Shown one piece after another: positions 34,509 through 37,995 of a DNA stretch of 37,995 nt (position 1 is its first letter; each line of letters starts with the position of its first letter). Both the position numbers and the translations under genes were made by a program. Below the pieces are notes generated by a model. The model ran no database searches, had not been told where the DNA came from, and saw nothing but the letters and a program-made list of their open reading frames with translations. This stretch comes from a virus. Where the stretch lies: the IMG/VR virus record IMGVR_UViG_3300045922_000127, positions 1 through 37,995 of that record. The stretch is one strand, 5' to 3'.

Positions 34509-35575
34509 CAGAGATGGTGCCCATCTCGGATTGGAACGGGATGATGCAGGTGGCGGGCACGTTGGCGAAATCGTCGATGGTGCCCGCCGCGTATCGGGGG
34601 AAACCGGAGAACGTGCTGTTGGCGATGATTGCCGGTCAAGATTTCGGTTGGTCGCCGGCGATGGCGTTGCGGTCCTTTCATATCATCGAAGGGGTCCCGT
34701 CGCTCAAACCGGAGATCATGTTGGCGTTGGTGCGTCGCGCTGGCCACTCGGTGTCGGGGGATGTGACCGATGAACGCGCTCAGGTTGTGGGAACACGCGC
34801 CGACACTGGGGACACGATGACTGTGATTTACAGCATGGACGACGCCCGCCGAGCGAACCTGTTGGGGAAACAGAACTGGCGGAACTACCCGCGGGACATG
34901 ATGTGGGCGCGGGCCGTGTCAGCGTTGTGCCGTCGCCTGTTCGCGGATGTGACGTTGGGGGTGGCGTACACCCCAGACGAGCTGGGGGCGACCGTCAACA
35001 GCGAAGGCGACGTGATCGACGTGCAAGAACACCCCCAGGGAGCGTTGCCGGCAGCCGAGCAGACAGCGGACCGGGAAGCGGAACGCCTGGAAGCCGAACG
35101 CCGGTTCCGCGAAGCATGTGACCGCAAAGGCGTCGACCCGGAGGAAGTGTTGCGGATCGCGCAGAAGGAACGGTTCGAGTTGGAGGACCTGCCGTTCCTG
35201 CGGGACGTGTTCAAAGGGATTGTGCGAGCAATGGACGCGCACCCCTCCACACTGGAACCTGTCGACGACACAGCAGGACCCGCTGACGTGGTGGACATGG
35301 GTGCGAAGCGGGCGGCGAAAACTCGCAAAACCGCTACGGCACAGCCATCAGACGAGGATGCGTCGGTGGGGATGACATTGGAGCAGCGGCGGCGTGTCAT
35401 GGCGCTCTCGAACGATCTCGGCTGGGATCGTGACACCCGGTTGAGGTTCTCAGCCGACATGCTGGGTGTGAACATCAAGTCGTTTTCGGACCTGTCGCAG
35501 TTCCAGGTCGATTACCTGATCGGGTTGATGACCGAACTGCGAGATTCAACAGACACACACAAGGAGACGGATTGA
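34505..35575 (+). CDS. recT: RecT-family single-strand annealing protein
   Basis: MVPAAYRGKPENVLLAMIAGQDFGWSPAMALRSFHIIEGVPSLKPEIMLALVRRAG ... NWRNYPRDMMWARAVSALCRRLFADV. Confidence 0.85.
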   Translation: MTEMVPISDWNGMMQVAGTLAKSSMVPAAYRGKPENVLLAMIAGQDFGWSPAMALRSFHIIEGVPSLKPEIMLALVRRAGHSVSGDVTDERAQVVGTRADTGDTMTVIYSMDDARRANLLGKQNWRNYPRDMMWARAVSALCRRLFADVTLGVAYTPDELGATVNSEGDVIDVQEHPQGALPAAEQTADREAERLEAERRFREACDRKGVDPEEVLRIAQKERFELEDLPFLRDVFKGIVRAMDAHPSTLEPVDDTAGPADVVDMGAKRAAKTRKTATAQPSDEDASVGMTLEQRRRVMALSNDLGWDRDTRLRFSADMLGVNIKSFSDLSQFQVDYLIGLMTELRDSTDTHKETD

Positions 35576-35577
35576 CG

Positions 35578-35787
35578 ATGGCAGTAGCGAGCAGGTATCA
35601 CCAGATGATCGACGGCACCGAGGTGTTGCGGGTGTGGATGGATGAGTCGACCGGCGTTGTGTACGCGCACGTGGAGAACGACGGCCACCATCTCACGTTG
35701 TCGGCGGCGTCCCGCGCGGCGCTGGCTGGCTGGTTGAGGTTGCTGGCGGATCAGGTGGCGGTGGCCGGTGCGAGGGTGGTGGCGTGA
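35578..35787 (+). CDS. hypothetical protein (69 aa)
   Basis: Track ORF 35572..35787. ATG 35578, or TTG 35572 overlapping the RecT stop. Confidence 0.55.
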   Translation: MAVASRYHQMIDGTEVLRVWMDESTGVVYAHVENDGHHLTLSAASRAALAGWLRLLADQVAVAGARVVA

Positions 35788-35942
35788 TGATCCCGCTGGA
35801 ACCCGTCGACCAGTTGCACGCCGACTGCCTGTATGTGTATGACCAGCTGCGACGCCAGTTCGAGTTGGTGCGGCGGCGTGTCGCCAGTTGGGAGCCGGCC
35901 CCATGCCCGGATCGGGGGGGCGAACCTGAGCAGGAGCCATGA
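35784..35942 (+). CDS. hypothetical protein (52 aa)
   Basis: GTG/ATG at 35784/35787 overlaps the upstream stop. Translated by hand to TGA 35940-35942. Below the ORF-track cutoff. Confidence 0.4.
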   Translation: MMIPLEPVDQLHADCLYVYDQLRRQFELVRRRVASWEPAPCPDRGGEPEQEP

Positions 35943-35960
35943 TCGAAAGAGGGGACTTCC

Positions 35961-36239
35961 GTGCTTGAGGTAAGTACGTTCCGCAAGAAGCCTGTCGTCA
36001 TTGAGGCTGTTCAGTTCAATGGCTCCAATGGAGCAGCCATTGCCGAGTGGTGCGGCGGACGGTGGCTGAAACGCCCCAAGCCCAGCGACCCGACAGACGT
36101 TCACGAGTTCATCCAGATTCCCACGCTTGAGGGTGTCATGGTGGCCGATGTTGGCGACTGGATCATTCGTGGTGTTGCAGGCGAGTTCTACCCTTGCAAG
36201 CCCGAAACCTTCGAGACCACCTACGAGCCGGTGACATGA
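35961..36239 (+). CDS. hypothetical protein (92 aa), conserved-looking small phage protein
   Basis: AAAGAGGGG lies 7 nt upstream of the GTG. KKPVVIEAVQF ... GDWIIRGVAGEFYPCKPETFETTYE. Locally lower GC. Confidence 0.7.
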   Translation: MLEVSTFRKKPVVIEAVQFNGSNGAAIAEWCGGRWLKRPKPSDPTDVHEFIQIPTLEGVMVADVGDWIIRGVAGEFYPCKPETFETTYEPVT

Positions 36240-36445
36240 GCAACATAGACTTCTACCTTCTTCTCGACCGGCTCGTTCAGGACCCGTCCGCGCGGTCTCA
36301 AGCGGTTGCCTGGGTTTGCACGGAGCCGGGGACGCTGGAGGTGCTGCTGTTCGACAGTGGCGGCAACCCGCAGCGGGTGACCGGAGCCGACGTGATCGAC
36401 GAGTGGATCGACAGCACCGACTTCCAACGTTGGAGCGAACGATGA
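36236..36445 (+). CDS. hypothetical protein (69 aa)
   Basis: ATGA overlaps at both ends. Lies in the frame of track ORF 36194..36445. Confidence 0.6.
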   Translation: MSNIDFYLLLDRLVQDPSARSQAVAWVCTEPGTLEVLLFDSGGNPQRVTGADVIDEWIDSTDFQRWSER

Positions 36446-37026
36446 CGAACGCCAGGGTCACCTTCACCGGTTGGAACTCAGTCGCCAACGGCCACGACGA
36501 CTCCTACGTTGCCACATACGGTGATTACTCACACGCCATGACTGCTGGCCGTGGCTCGCACGCCGCCGCTCACGCCAGCCGCTCGCACGCGTTCTCGGCG
36601 GAATGGGCCGCAGAGTCGCATCGTGGGGTTGCCGTGGGCCGCTGGGTGCGGCTGTGGCCGGACTCTTGCGATGCGCTGGTCCTACCCAACAACCCTGACC
36701 TTTACCACCCGTTCCTCGTGTCCGCGAAGCCTGGGCCAACCGACCACGACGGCTGGCCGGTGGGGGTGTGGATCACGATGGATCGTGGCCGGGTGACAAC
36801 TCGACCTGATGTGCTGCTGCCCGACGACGGGCGAGGCTACATGCTCAAGTTTGTCGGCAACTGCTATGTGGCTGGATGCCGCACGTTCAACACCGCTGAG
36901 GAAGCGATCGCCCACTGGACGAACCCCGAACATGACACCCCGTGGTCGGCGTGGCTGCTGGCCACCGAAGTCGCCCGACACGCCGGGCTGCCTCTGCCCA
37001 AGCTCAACCTAAGGAAAGCGAGGTAA
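36442..37026 (+). CDS. hypothetical protein (194 aa) with short SHA-type repeats
   Basis: Lies in the frame of track ORF 36316..37026. YSHAMTAGRGSHAAAHASRSHAFSAEWAAESH, then a Cys-containing C-terminal domain (YVAGCRTFNTAEEAIAHW). Confidence 0.65.
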   Translation: MTNARVTFTGWNSVANGHDDSYVATYGDYSHAMTAGRGSHAAAHASRSHAFSAEWAAESHRGVAVGRWVRLWPDSCDALVLPNNPDLYHPFLVSAKPGPTDHDGWPVGVWITMDRGRVTTRPDVLLPDDGRGYMLKFVGNCYVAGCRTFNTAEEAIAHWTNPEHDTPWSAWLLATEVARHAGLPLPKLNLRKAR

Positions 37027-37028
37027 GG

Positions 37029-37409
37029 ATGAGCGTCACACCGCAGGACTACTTCGACAAGACAGTTCGGCACCTGGCGTCCATGCGCCACCAGGCCACC
37101 ACCGACAGCGGCAGGTGCGCCTACCTCGCGCCGGATGGCGGTAAGTGCGCTGTCGGCTGTCACATCCCAGACGGGCACCCCGCACAGAGTTTCAAGTATG
37201 GCCTGAGCCAGCTGGCCGTCGTGCACCCCGATCTTGCAGGGGTCGCGTGGCCAACCGGGAGGCTCGACCTCGCCATCGCCTTGCAATACGCTCACGACGA
37301 TGGTGCCGCCTGGTCCGACGACGGGTTCACCGGATGGGATGCTCTGCGTAGACTGGCGAACATCGCTGGCCTCAACGCCGACGTGATTCGGGAGGTGGCC
37401 GGGCGATGA
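37029..37409 (+). CDS. hypothetical protein (126 aa)
   Basis: GGAAAGCGAGGTAAGG upstream of the ATG. GRCAYLAPDGGKCAVGCHIPD motif. Confidence 0.7.
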   Translation: MSVTPQDYFDKTVRHLASMRHQATTDSGRCAYLAPDGGKCAVGCHIPDGHPAQSFKYGLSQLAVVHPDLAGVAWPTGRLDLAIALQYAHDDGAAWSDDGFTGWDALRRLANIAGLNADVIREVAGR

Positions 37410-37822
37410 GCGACGGGACCAACATAGCCGACCAGGTGCTGGCGGACGCTGCGGCCGACATCGGTTACCGCATCGCGTCATCCCTCGAAGACATCATGCG
37501 CCGCCGAGTCTGCGACGGCGAGTTCGTCACCTACAGCGACACACCTGACAGCCAGTTGACCGAGTTGGCCAATCTTGCGTCACGGTTGGTCATCATCGGC
37601 GCAGACACGGGCGCGGCTGTCCGTGACGCCCGCCGCTGCCACCGGCTGATCGGCGTGTACCGGGAGGCATCCGACATCGAGTTGGGGCGCATCTACCACA
37701 CCACCTACACCGACAGCAGAGAGTGGCAGTTCCTGTTGGATGAGATCGACCGGCGTGGTCTCACCGACGAGTTCCTCGACGCCTGCTACCTCGACGGCAC
37801 CGATGAGGTGGCAGGGCGATGA
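37406..37822 (+). CDS. hypothetical protein (138 aa)
   Basis: Track ORF with ATGA overlaps at both ends. Confidence 0.7.
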   Translation: MSDGTNIADQVLADAAADIGYRIASSLEDIMRRRVCDGEFVTYSDTPDSQLTELANLASRLVIIGADTGAAVRDARRCHRLIGVYREASDIELGRIYHTTYTDSREWQFLLDEIDRRGLTDEFLDACYLDGTDEVAGR

Positions 37823-37995
37823 GCGACGAGCCCGAGTGGGTGTTCATCCTCAGCCGCAGGCGAAACCGCCCCACCTACCACAGCATCCGATGGGTCGGGG
37901 ATCGAACCATCGGCACGCTATGCGGTGCGTGGATCGAGCGCCGGATCATGGGCTGGTCGCATCTTCGCCGTGACCACGCTGACCTGTTCGCCCGA
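37819..37995 (+). CDS. 5' portion of the junction-spanning small ORF (continues at 128-166 after circularisation)
   Basis: ATG 37819 overlaps the upstream stop (ATGA). The frame is open to the window end and continues into the repeat. Confidence 0.55.
   Translation, partial: MSDEPEWVFILSRRRNRPTYHSIRWVGDRTIGTLCGAWIERRIMGWSHLRRDHADLFAR
37869..37995. repeat. Terminal direct repeat, copy 2 (identical to 1-127)
   Basis: See copy 1. Confidence 0.95.

Overview
The window is a complete high-GC actinobacteriophage genome of about 37.87 kb, presented as a closed contig. Bases 1-127 are identical to 37869-37995, and one ORF reads across that junction.

Three transcription blocks are visible:
1. Rightward early block (33385, through the junction, to 2920). 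It starts at a consensus-like promoter with an apparently leaderless XRE/Cro-like gene. It continues with a YqaJ-type exonuclease, RecT, a chain of small translationally coupled ORFs, a 29-unit pentapeptide-repeat protein, RusA, a WhiB-like protein and a winged-helix protein.
2. Leftward block (6490 down to 3002). It holds an Xis/MerR-like HTH protein, a truncated DnaN (beta-clamp)-like protein flanked by two paralogous small acidic proteins, and a frameshifted small serine recombinase.
3. Rightward late block (7857 to 33368). It holds:
- an HTH-fused large terminase and the portal;
- a 1707-aa ORF plus three more large ORFs;
- scaffold, major capsid and a GT-B glycosyltransferase;
- adaptor/nozzle-like tail proteins and a repeat-containing fibre;
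- an M15 endolysin surrounded by four small membrane proteins;
- a collagen-like fibre and a GT-A/TPR glycosyltransferase.

I see no tape measure, tail tube, DNA polymerase, primase/helicase, replication initiator or intact integrase. A podovirus-like virion and host- or recombination-dependent replication are therefore inferred, not shown.

The most unusual stretch is the 1.37-kb gene-free divergent control region 6491-7856. It contains two tandem leftward promoters, GC-core palindromes, ten GGCAC/GTGCC elements, seven phased 20-bp palindromes at 21-bp spacing, an A-depleted G/T-rich tract ending in a strong hairpin, and a TGTGGATATC direct repeat.

Other leads are the half-size clamp homologue with its flanking paralogues, the giant virion-module ORF, the pentapeptide-repeat protein, two structural-operon glycosyltransferases and near-identical gene-boundary sequences. 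All functional calls rest on motif reading and gene order. No database search was possible.
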